Shown here: in pieces, positions 56,404 to 64,000 of the stretch
Position numbering within the stretch: position 1 is the stretch's first letter
Layout: each line of letters starts with the position of its first letter
Source of the DNA: a virus
Taxonomy: Duplodnaviria > Caudoviricetes
Virus record (IMG/VR): IMGVR_UViG_2510065010_000001
Span: 64,001 to 128,000 of that record
Direction: 5' to 3' (one strand)
DNA: 64,000 nucleotides
Notes under the pieces: model-generated
The model's database searches: none
Told to the model about the DNA's origin: nothing
The model's input: only the letters and a program-made list of their open reading frames with translations
Program-made: the position numbers and the translations under genes

Positions 56404-58440
56404 ATGTCTTTTGAAGTAGATAAGTTATTTGAGGAGTATCAACGGAATAAGTTTCGGCAGTTTGACCAGTACAACAGCCGAGCACAGTCTCCTGTGTTTA
56501 ATTCCATTGTGGGATACGTCGCAGACGTAGATGATATGTCCCGTTTGAGAAACACGTACAACATTATCGTGCCTTCTCTTAATAACATCATGCTTCGCCA
56601 GGTGCCTCGTAAAATTCCAGATGGATTTATTAATGCCAATGGCGTTGGACACTTACCAGCTCCCTTACGTCCAGGTCAGCCAGTTCTTATTAGTTTCACA
56701 AATAACAGTACATCCTTACCTTATATTGACGGTTCGTTTATGATGAACGGTCAGTTGGAGTTGTGGGAAGGAGATAAAATTCCACAGCTGGATACGAAAG
56801 ATACTACTAACCTTGCGTTATTTCCAACTCCACTTCCACCAGAAGCTCTCGCTATTAAAGGAGATGCAGAAGTTAAAGTTCACCCGCTAGTTCTTAGACT
56901 TTCTTCTCCTACTCAACCACAAAATTCTGCCACCGCCTTAGAAGTTCCTGGTACGACTTACATTACTGACGCCTATGGTAATGTTTTTACCTACTTCGCA
57001 GGCGAACGTATAGTCGTCGGTAAAAACGAGCAGAAAGCGCAGGCTGGTGCTCGACAATCTATGGCAGACATGCCGAAGCAGGAATCGCTCAAAAAAGCAA
57101 TTCGTCTTCAAGCACAGATGCTTGAGTCAATGGCACATTGGCGCGTAGCTCTAGCTGGTGAATTTACAATTCAAACTCCACACCCAGAAGCTAAGAGAAA
57201 AAGAAACTTTAATAACGATACATCTGGTAGTCTATCTATTTCTTCTTCTGGGATCTCCGGTCAATTCCAAACCCAAATTGGAGGCACTGAATTTCTCAAA
57301 GATGCTTTCAATAAAATGGACCAAATTAGTAGCTTACTTGATTTAGCTATTCAATCTGGTAATAAGCAGCTAAATTTTTTACAAAAAGTGTTGTTACCTC
57401 TTATTCGAAAGCTTAAAACTCTCTGGGGTAGTGCCAGTGGATTTGGATTGCAACAACTCAGTTTTTCTGTTGATTTACCTTTTAATTTGAAGCTTTCAGT
57501 GTCTATTAGATTCGATGTCAAGACCGGAAAGCTATCAATAAAGGCATCAATAGGTTTTGGCAGTGGTACACCTATTGTAGGTTCACAACCGTTACCCCTT
57601 CGAAGTGAAGGTACTATTATTGCTGGGGGTTACCAACGTCAAGAGAATCCTCAAATTGTTGTAAGGACAACTGTTTCAGAGTACGTTACCTCAACTATTT
57701 ACCAAGATTTTCCTGAACTAGAAGGGTATACTCCTCAAAACCTAAACCACAATCATGTTCCGTATGAGTATGTCAGTAGAGATTTTAATAACCTAAACTT
57801 CGGAACAAACCAAGAGGACGCTTTAACTAGTTTATTAACCCAGTATGGAGTCAGAGATTCGTATCTGATAATTCGTTATCTTGTGCCCTTGGTGAAGTAC
57901 GGGTCTGCCTTTGACTTTCTCAAAATTGCAGCAGTGTTGGCTGACCCACTTCTAACGATAATCATCACAGTGGGTCTTGCTGGTAATGATGCCTTCTCTA
58001 CGACTACACCCTCAACCACAAATGCAGATACGTTGACTCAACTTAATCCAGAGTTAGAAGAAGTAGTGAGCACAATTATTAAACCAGGTATTGTACAGTG
58101 CCCTACTTTACCCGATGAAGCCTATCGTATTCTTTTCTTAGCTCAAAGAGGAGATGTGCAAGGCGCAAAAGAGTTTACTCAGGAGTATTTTAATGTTTTG
58201 ACTCCAGACTATATTTCTTGGGTGGAAGACCTTGAAAACTTTATGGACTGGGCTAATGCAAACCAGCATCCGTTTTATCCTGCGTTATATCAGCTACACG
58301 ATGGTAACTTATTAAACTTTTTTGTCTTGCTTCTGTACCTAAAAACTGGAATAGATGTCAGAGCTTTCCCAAGAGCATATGATGAGCTACGTGCTTATAG
58401 CTTGTTGGCGTTTCCTCAACCAAGGTTGGGAGCAGAGTGA
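56404..58440 (+). CDS. baseplate spike-related protein (gp5/VgrG N-terminal OB-fold-like)
   Basis: IVGYVADV..G.GHLPAPLRPGQPVLISF..PYIDG. Confidence 0.6.
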   Translation: MSFEVDKLFEEYQRNKFRQFDQYNSRAQSPVFNSIVGYVADVDDMSRLRNTYNIIVPSLNNIMLRQVPRKIPDGFINANGVGHLPAPLRPGQPVLISFTNNSTSLPYIDGSFMMNGQLELWEGDKIPQLDTKDTTNLALFPTPLPPEALAIKGDAEVKVHPLVLRLSSPTQPQNSATALEVPGTTYITDAYGNVFTYFAGERIVVGKNEQKAQAGARQSMADMPKQESLKKAIRLQAQMLESMAHWRVALAGEFTIQTPHPEAKRKRNFNNDTSGSLSISSSGISGQFQTQIGGTEFLKDAFNKMDQISSLLDLAIQSGNKQLNFLQKVLLPLIRKLKTLWGSASGFGLQQLSFSVDLPFNLKLSVSIRFDVKTGKLSIKASIGFGSGTPIVGSQPLPLRSEGTIIAGGYQRQENPQIVVRTTVSEYVTSTIYQDFPELEGYTPQNLNHNHVPYEYVSRDFNNLNFGTNQEDALTSLLTQYGVRDSYLIIRYLVPLVKYGSAFDFLKIAAVLADPLLTIIITVGLAGNDAFSTTTPSTTNADTLTQLNPELEEVVSTIIKPGIVQCPTLPDEAYRILFLAQRGDVQGAKEFTQEYFNVLTPDYISWVEDLENFMDWANANQHPFYPALYQLHDGNLLNFFVLLLYLKTGIDVRAFPRAYDELRAYSLLAFPQPRLGAE

Positions 58441-59624
58441 TGGTTAAAACTTATAAATCAGTTGGACTAAGCTATAACCCTAACGATCTCAAGTTTGGGC
58501 ATGTTAATAACCTAGAGTATTTTTTTGAACGCCGCCGCAATCAAGTAATCTTGCAAGGAGCTTTGAGACTTTATCAACTACAAGCTGCTTATGCCAGGTC
58601 ACTTGTGGAAACACCTTCATACACAGTACTTGCCTTTCGGGATAGTCTACTCTCTATTGCATTAAGTCTTTCTCTCCGGTGTGCTCAAACTAAAGATGTT
58701 TTGTACATGGAGATGACAAACCATGCTTCTACATATTGGGCAAAATACGGCAACACATTTTGGGTTGAGATTCCAGACTACTCTTCCGATCCTGAGTACG
58801 TACCGGATACTGCATTTTGTGGAGTAGCAGGTAGCTTAGCTTTTTTACTTCACCAAAATCAAGATACGGGTGCTGGGTTGTATCCGCATCAGTTATTGCA
58901 GAAAATGTTGGACTATCTCTGGGAAGAACTTGACATTTTGAGTTCGTTAAATCCATCTGAAAAAGTCAACACATTTCTTGAAAAAATTGGGGCTGACCAC
59001 ATTCCATTTGACAAATATGAGTCTGCTTTAACATCCATCGCATCTTCAAACTTAAACGGACTAAGCTCTGAACTACAAACATTTGTAGTTCAAAATATTC
59101 GCCGTAAATTATTAACGCCAAATGACTGGAGCCGTTTGAAACTGCGCTGGTTACTAAAAGAAGTCACCCCTGAAGTTGTTTCCGCAATTATTGCCTTACA
59201 ACTTATAGCTAACCAAGAAGAACAGGTTAGACAACGATTCGGATTACCCATCTCTTCCTTAAATTTAGAAGAGTTTGATGACACCTTGTTATCGTTACTT
59301 CCTCCTGCTGGCACCGTTTTAATGTTTGTAGGGTTTGCAGTTGAAGGATTGTTAAAAGCTATTGTTTCAATAACGGAGACAGACGAGCTTCACTCCATTG
59401 CATATCAAGATTTTTTAGGACGTTCTGATTACGCTGAATTTCGTAGGTCGGTAGCAATGAACCTTTCAACTACTTACGATGCTTTAGGTGCTTTAGGGGT
59501 GTTTAACACTTTGTACGAAGCGAGAGGACTAGCATACAGGATGTACCTAACAGCATTGCAATTAATAGCTGGTCAAACGCCAATATCTAAAACAGAGTTT
59601 ACTCGTCTAAATGGGTTCCTATGA
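58437..59624 (+). CDS. hypothetical baseplate-region protein
   Basis: 395-aa ORF coupled to its neighbours. Confidence 0.6.
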   Translation: MMVKTYKSVGLSYNPNDLKFGHVNNLEYFFERRRNQVILQGALRLYQLQAAYARSLVETPSYTVLAFRDSLLSIALSLSLRCAQTKDVLYMEMTNHASTYWAKYGNTFWVEIPDYSSDPEYVPDTAFCGVAGSLAFLLHQNQDTGAGLYPHQLLQKMLDYLWEELDILSSLNPSEKVNTFLEKIGADHIPFDKYESALTSIASSNLNGLSSELQTFVVQNIRRKLLTPNDWSRLKLRWLLKEVTPEVVSAIIALQLIANQEEQVRQRFGLPISSLNLEEFDDTLLSLLPPAGTVLMFVGFAVEGLLKAIVSITETDELHSIAYQDFLGRSDYAEFRRSVAMNLSTTYDALGALGVFNTLYEARGLAYRMYLTALQLIAGQTPISKTEFTRLNGFL

Positions 59625-61492
59625 CTTTTTTACCACTAGGATTTACGGAAATCTCCGATGAATATATAGCGCTCAATCCTCCACCTCCAATTACTGGATT
59701 GTCAGAGGACACAAACTTAACTAGTTTGCTGAGCCAAACTTACGTAGAGCTGCAAGAGGTTATACCAATTTCTTCAACTCCAGACAATTTGGCAGTTATT
59801 AACATTCAACCAGATACAAATTATCCGAAAGTAAACTCTACGGTCAGCGTTAAAGCTAGAGTTAGCGGAACAACATCTGGTTTGTTAGCCTTACGGATTC
59901 TTTCTCCAGCACCAGCTGTTTATGAAAACAGTTCGGCACCTGTTGTGCAGTGGCAAAATAATGTTTTAAGTAGTTTCCAATTTGTGGTCAAAGATACTGG
60001 ACTTATTCAATTAGTAGCCCACCCGGTTGAATCAAATGTAAATCTTCCGTTAGTAATTGCGTCCTCTGACTATCAAAGCCTTAGAAACAGAAGCAATCTG
60101 GTTACTCTTTTTGTTCAGCCAGCTTCCGACGACGCACAGCAAATTGTTGTTGCAGCCGAAGTTATTAACTCAAATCCTCTATATGATTTAGTTCCACAGT
60201 TGAGTGAGAACATCTTAAGAACGATTATCGTAGACCAAACTCTAGATTTAGCTCCAACAAATCCTCAACCTCATGGCTCACATGGAGTTGGTATCTACAA
60301 AGACGTTGGTATTCCGTCACCTCTAAGTGCCAACATGCACAAGAAAGTGCCGTCTGATAATCTACAAAAAATATTAGGTATGGCACTAGATCAACTTAAA
60401 CGGCTGGAAGGGTGGGCAAGAAAAGTACTTCACCATGTTCACTCAGATAAGAGCATTCTGCCTAACTCAGAACTAAATCTTTTATTAAATCTGTTGCCTG
60501 ATGAGCTTAAGTCTTCTATTGAGCGGTATGCAGAATTTGTTGAAGAGGCAGGCAAGTTAGCCAGTAGTGTTGCTCAAACTTACACACCTGATTATGCACA
60601 AGGCAACTCAATTTCGAAGACTAACGCGGTTGAACAACATAATGCAGGGCAGTTTAGAGTTCAAACTTCGAGTTTGTTTGACATTAACTCGCCTTCCTTC
60701 AATCTTGCTTCGCAGCAGGCAGTATTTCAAAACAGATTTGAGCATCATGTTGGTGATATTTATCAGGGAAGTCATATTCACGTCTTTGTTCGTGCAGAAG
60801 ATCAGCTTACTCAGATGAGTGCGAACGCCGTTCAATATACATCAGGAGACTTTGCACAGTACAGTTCCAACTCCCAACAAGTTGCAGGCTCCAGTGTTAA
60901 ATATCAGGACTCAGAATGGAGTCAAGTTGGTCAAACTTCTCAAACTCCTATTCACCCTCAGAATGCTGATCCGACTAAAGCAAACCAATATGGTAGTTCC
61001 ACTAAGTTAGTCAACAAGGACTACAAAGTAGCAACATCAACTGGTGAGATAGTTTTCAACAGCGGTACTCATACTCATATCCATGCAAAGCAGGGTTCTC
61101 TTAAACTTTCTTCTGCTACAGCTGATGTTCGTATTGATGCAGCAACTTCTATTACTCAAAAGGCTACTCAAAATATTCAGCTAAGTAGTACACAGAAAAC
61201 CTTAATAGGGGGTGGTGCTGTGCTTGTAACTGCCAGTAAAAACGTTATGGTTAGAGGCAAGTTGGTTTTAATCAACTCTGGTGGTAGTCTGAGTATTCCA
61301 GCACAATCACAACCCAAATTAATAACTGATCAACCAAAAGTGTTTTTGCCGATGACCGATCCAGCACCTTATAGTAAGGAAACTCCAGTCTCTCCTGGAC
61401 CGCTTGGACAAAACACTCCGAACACCCCAGAACCAAATAGCACTCCAGCCGGACCCGCTGATCTTGGTAAATATTTAACCAACTCCGATTAG
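59621..61492 (+). CDS. spike-like protein with C-terminal beta-helix
   Basis: Repeating short beta strands ending VMVRGKLVLINSG, as in gp5/VgrG C-termini. Confidence 0.55.
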   Translation: MTFLPLGFTEISDEYIALNPPPPITGLSEDTNLTSLLSQTYVELQEVIPISSTPDNLAVINIQPDTNYPKVNSTVSVKARVSGTTSGLLALRILSPAPAVYENSSAPVVQWQNNVLSSFQFVVKDTGLIQLVAHPVESNVNLPLVIASSDYQSLRNRSNLVTLFVQPASDDAQQIVVAAEVINSNPLYDLVPQLSENILRTIIVDQTLDLAPTNPQPHGSHGVGIYKDVGIPSPLSANMHKKVPSDNLQKILGMALDQLKRLEGWARKVLHHVHSDKSILPNSELNLLLNLLPDELKSSIERYAEFVEEAGKLASSVAQTYTPDYAQGNSISKTNAVEQHNAGQFRVQTSSLFDINSPSFNLASQQAVFQNRFEHHVGDIYQGSHIHVFVRAEDQLTQMSANAVQYTSGDFAQYSSNSQQVAGSSVKYQDSEWSQVGQTSQTPIHPQNADPTKANQYGSSTKLVNKDYKVATSTGEIVFNSGTHTHIHAKQGSLKLSSATADVRIDAATSITQKATQNIQLSSTQKTLIGGGAVLVTASKNVMVRGKLVLINSGGSLSIPAQSQPKLITDQPKVFLPMTDPAPYSKETPVSPGPLGQNTPNTPEPNSTPAGPADLGKYLTNSD

Positions 61493-61535
61493 CTGCTGAC
61501 TTTTTCTCCAATGTATATTACTGACAACTAGCATA

Positions 61536-62201
61536 ATGAGTTTTTTACCAGCGTATATTATTAACAACCCTTCATCGCAACGTTATCTCGTGAATAGTAT
61601 TGAAGGTTATGTTGTTTCTTTTATTTATGGGCAGGATGAAGTTCGTCCAGGTGTTCAAGTTCGATTTTTGAATGCAGCTCTAGAGTTGATTTCAACAGGA
61701 TTTGTTTATAAAGCTCAGAATAACGTAGCGTTCTCAGAAGCCTTCGAAGAACTTTCTCAATCTGCGTTAACAAGCATCAAATTTTGTGAGCTGGCGCGTG
61801 TCTGGAATGTTGCTATTCCCCAACCAACTCAACTTATAGACGATAATCAGCTGTTTGTAGCAACAACTGGACAAACTGCATTACTGAGATGTCGCTGCTT
61901 AACACCACCAGACCATACAGGTGGTCAGATTAGTTGGTCGCTATTTCGTGCTCCACTTGATGCTTCTACAGAGTATGTAGAAGCAATAAAGAGTCATGAT
62001 TATTTTTCTGTCAATTACGTCAGATTTCAAAAGCAGAATTATCTTTGGAAAGCTGGTGTTTATACAGTAATTGCACAGCGATATTCCAACAGAGGAAATA
62101 TATTGTCAGAAGATAGCAAGACTTGGACACTTAAACAGCCAACTAATCGTATATCGTGCGGAGAGTACGACGATCCACTATCTTCTATTAACCTTCTGTG
62201 A
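61536..62201 (+). CDS. hypothetical baseplate-region protein
   Basis: 221-aa ORF. Confidence 0.6.
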   Translation: MSFLPAYIINNPSSQRYLVNSIEGYVVSFIYGQDEVRPGVQVRFLNAALELISTGFVYKAQNNVAFSEAFEELSQSALTSIKFCELARVWNVAIPQPTQLIDDNQLFVATTGQTALLRCRCLTPPDHTGGQISWSLFRAPLDASTEYVEAIKSHDYFSVNYVRFQKQNYLWKAGVYTVIAQRYSNRGNILSEDSKTWTLKQPTNRISCGEYDDPLSSINLL

Positions 62202-62659
62202 ACGACTTAATTTACCGTCGCCACCCGAATTTTGAACGTTCTGTGGAGTTAACAGGTACAGACTTAGCTATTAAGGCTAAGGAAGACCTTGTTACTCAAC
62301 AAGGTGATGCTGCGACAATCTCAGGGGTAGACCTAATTGTTGAGTCTCTACTTCGGCGGTTAAATACACCAACAAATGGTTACAGACGATGGGTTCGCAC
62401 ACCAGATGGAATGGAGGTAGTTGACAGCTCTTATGGTAATAGAGCTTTTGACTATCTTTCTTCTCCTACTACACCTGCAACGATTGCAGAGATAGAACGC
62501 GCTTTTAAGGAAACAGTAGAAGCAGAACCTCAAGTTGAGCTGGTGAGCATAAAAGTCAAACAAGCTGCTAATTTCACAGATATTGATGTAGTTATTAATT
62601 ACCGTATTTTATCTGAGCAAGAACTCAGAGCTTTATCTATTACGTTAAATCCCGCTTAG
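62198..62659 (+). CDS. baseplate wedge protein (gp25/gpW-like)
   Basis: GD..TISG.D....L.RRL.TP..YG..EPQVELVSI. Confidence 0.8.
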   Translation: MNDLIYRRHPNFERSVELTGTDLAIKAKEDLVTQQGDAATISGVDLIVESLLRRLNTPTNGYRRWVRTPDGMEVVDSSYGNRAFDYLSSPTTPATIAEIERAFKETVEAEPQVELVSIKVKQAANFTDIDVVINYRILSEQELRALSITLNPA

Positions 62660-62660
62660 T

Positions 62661-63746
62661 ATGGTTCAACCCAGAACACTAACTGAAATCCAGCAAGAAT
62701 TTTTTCAGGCTTTGTTGTCTCAAAGCACTGCACTCAATGATGTGCGTCAAGGTTCTATACTTTTTAGTTTGAGTAGAGCGCTTTCAGCTATTCAGGTGCA
62801 GTCAGACCTACAACTATCTGAGCTGGCAAACGACTACTTTCTAAACACGGCAAGAGGTTCTACTTTAGATCTTAGAGCTTCTGACTTTGGCATCACTAGA
62901 AAATCAGGTGTTGCAGCGACAGGGTTTGTCTTAGTTATTAGTAGAACTGAAGGTTTTACCTTACAACCAAACACAATCCTGACTGATCCAATTACCAGCT
63001 TACAATTTGAAGTAACTGCTGCTACAGCTATTCCAGTTAGTGCTTTTACCGAAGTTAAAGTACCCATAAAGGCAACACTTGCGGGAGTTTCTGGAAACGT
63101 AGAGGCAGGTACAAGACTAATTTCACCTGTGTACCCGCAAGGACTATTTACGATCGGGTCGCACAGAACAAGTGCTGGCTCTCCTTGTGGCGACTTACAA
63201 AATGGTACAAATGAGGAAACTGATGAAGAACTTCGTCGTCGTGTTCAAGTAAATCTTTTACATTCTCGTTCTACGACGGAACAGGCAATTCGCAATGCTC
63301 TTTTAGCTGAAATAACTGTCCCTTGGGTTTCATTGCGTTATCCAAAACCAGGCATTATTCAAATTTGGGTTGATAATCCATCTTCCTTACCTGCTTCTGA
63401 GTTGGAACGTTTAAGACAGATAGTATTGCCATTACGTCCTGCAGGAATCCCAGTTGTAACCGCTCATCAGGCAACTAGATTACTAACAGATATAAGTATT
63501 CAGGTTTACCCAGAAAAGACTACAAATTTACAGGAATTGACTGGAAAACTTCAAGGGATAGTTAGTAATTATTTGTTAAAGCTATCACTTGGGCAGACCT
63601 TTAGAAAACAGGTTTTATTAGATGAATTAACTAGAACACTAGGGATTCTTAGTCTTGTGCTAACAAAACCGACGTTTGACGTAGTACCGCAAGCATTAGA
63701 AGTTGTAAGAGCTTCCAAAATTTTGGTGACTTATGAAACGCAATAA
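62661..63746 (+). CDS. baseplate J-like protein
   Basis: FLNTARGSTLD..FGITRK, G.SGNV.AG, GTNEETDEELRRR, RPAGI. Confidence 0.9.
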   Translation: MVQPRTLTEIQQEFFQALLSQSTALNDVRQGSILFSLSRALSAIQVQSDLQLSELANDYFLNTARGSTLDLRASDFGITRKSGVAATGFVLVISRTEGFTLQPNTILTDPITSLQFEVTAATAIPVSAFTEVKVPIKATLAGVSGNVEAGTRLISPVYPQGLFTIGSHRTSAGSPCGDLQNGTNEETDEELRRRVQVNLLHSRSTTEQAIRNALLAEITVPWVSLRYPKPGIIQIWVDNPSSLPASELERLRQIVLPLRPAGIPVVTAHQATRLLTDISIQVYPEKTTNLQELTGKLQGIVSNYLLKLSLGQTFRKQVLLDELTRTLGILSLVLTKPTFDVVPQALEVVRASKILVTYETQ

Positions 63747-63751
63747 ATAAA

Positions 63752-64000
63752 ATGGTCGAGTCCTTTTACCCATTCTTCTTTACGCATCTAACGCAGTTTG
63801 TTAATTATCAACAAGGTGTGCAGACTTGGATCGACCCAATGCGTCCAGTCAGTTTTTTTCGCCCTGAGTCAGCTGAACAGAATAACGTATACTTCCTAAT
63901 TTCTGGGTTTCAACCTCAAGGTACGATCGCCATAGAGGTTGATAATGGGCAGTACCTTTTAGATACATCCTCAAGTCTTACAATTGACACAGCTTTAACA
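63752..64000 (+). CDS. partial ORF at the window edge (baseplate region)
   Basis: ATG at 63752, frame open to the end of the window. Confidence 0.55.
   Translation, partial: MVESFYPFFFTHLTQFVNYQQGVQTWIDPMRPVSFFRPESAEQNNVYFLISGFQPQGTIAIEVDNGQYLLDTSSSLTIDTALT

Noticed and set aside
43-63067. Numerous 60-130 aa ORFs antisense to or nested in long genes
   Set aside because: Shadow ORFs without SD sites or motifs, overlapping well-supported genes.
49371-63746. Extracellular contractile injection system or tailocin
   Set aside because: Portal, protease, capsid, helicase and tRNA genes show a complete phage.

Overview
A 64-kb segment of a large contractile-tailed (myovirus-like) phage. The host is most likely a cyanobacterium: at least 8 HIP1 GCGATCGC sites, plus cyanobacterial-type IS200/IS605 and IS607 elements. 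The left part (1-12 kb) is an accessory region. It holds a complete IS605-type element (tnpA, cargo gene, tnpB) inserted in the 3' end of mazF of a mazEF module, tRNA-Arg(UCU), an HNH endonuclease, RNase HI, a decayed IS607 element and a type II hammerhead ribozyme. The middle part (12-21.7 kb, minus strand) is an early/replication-like operon. It encodes a Pif1-like helicase and a divergent two-barrel RNA polymerase split over two genes (DCDGD motif). The right part (25.9-64 kb, plus strand) is the morphogenesis region: GH19 lysin, tail chaperones with a lambda-type -1 frameshift, portal, protease/scaffold, capsid, sheath, tube and baseplate. It opens with a 3311-aa protein combining two PLD-type HxK motifs and a second two-barrel RNA polymerase (DFDGD). 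The most notable candidate system is a dual non-canonical RNA polymerase programme: a PLD-fused putative virion RNAP plus a split non-virion RNAP, with candidate template-strand GAA-hairpin early promoters and a TTGARCA late promoter motif. All calls come from reading motifs by eye. No database searches were run.
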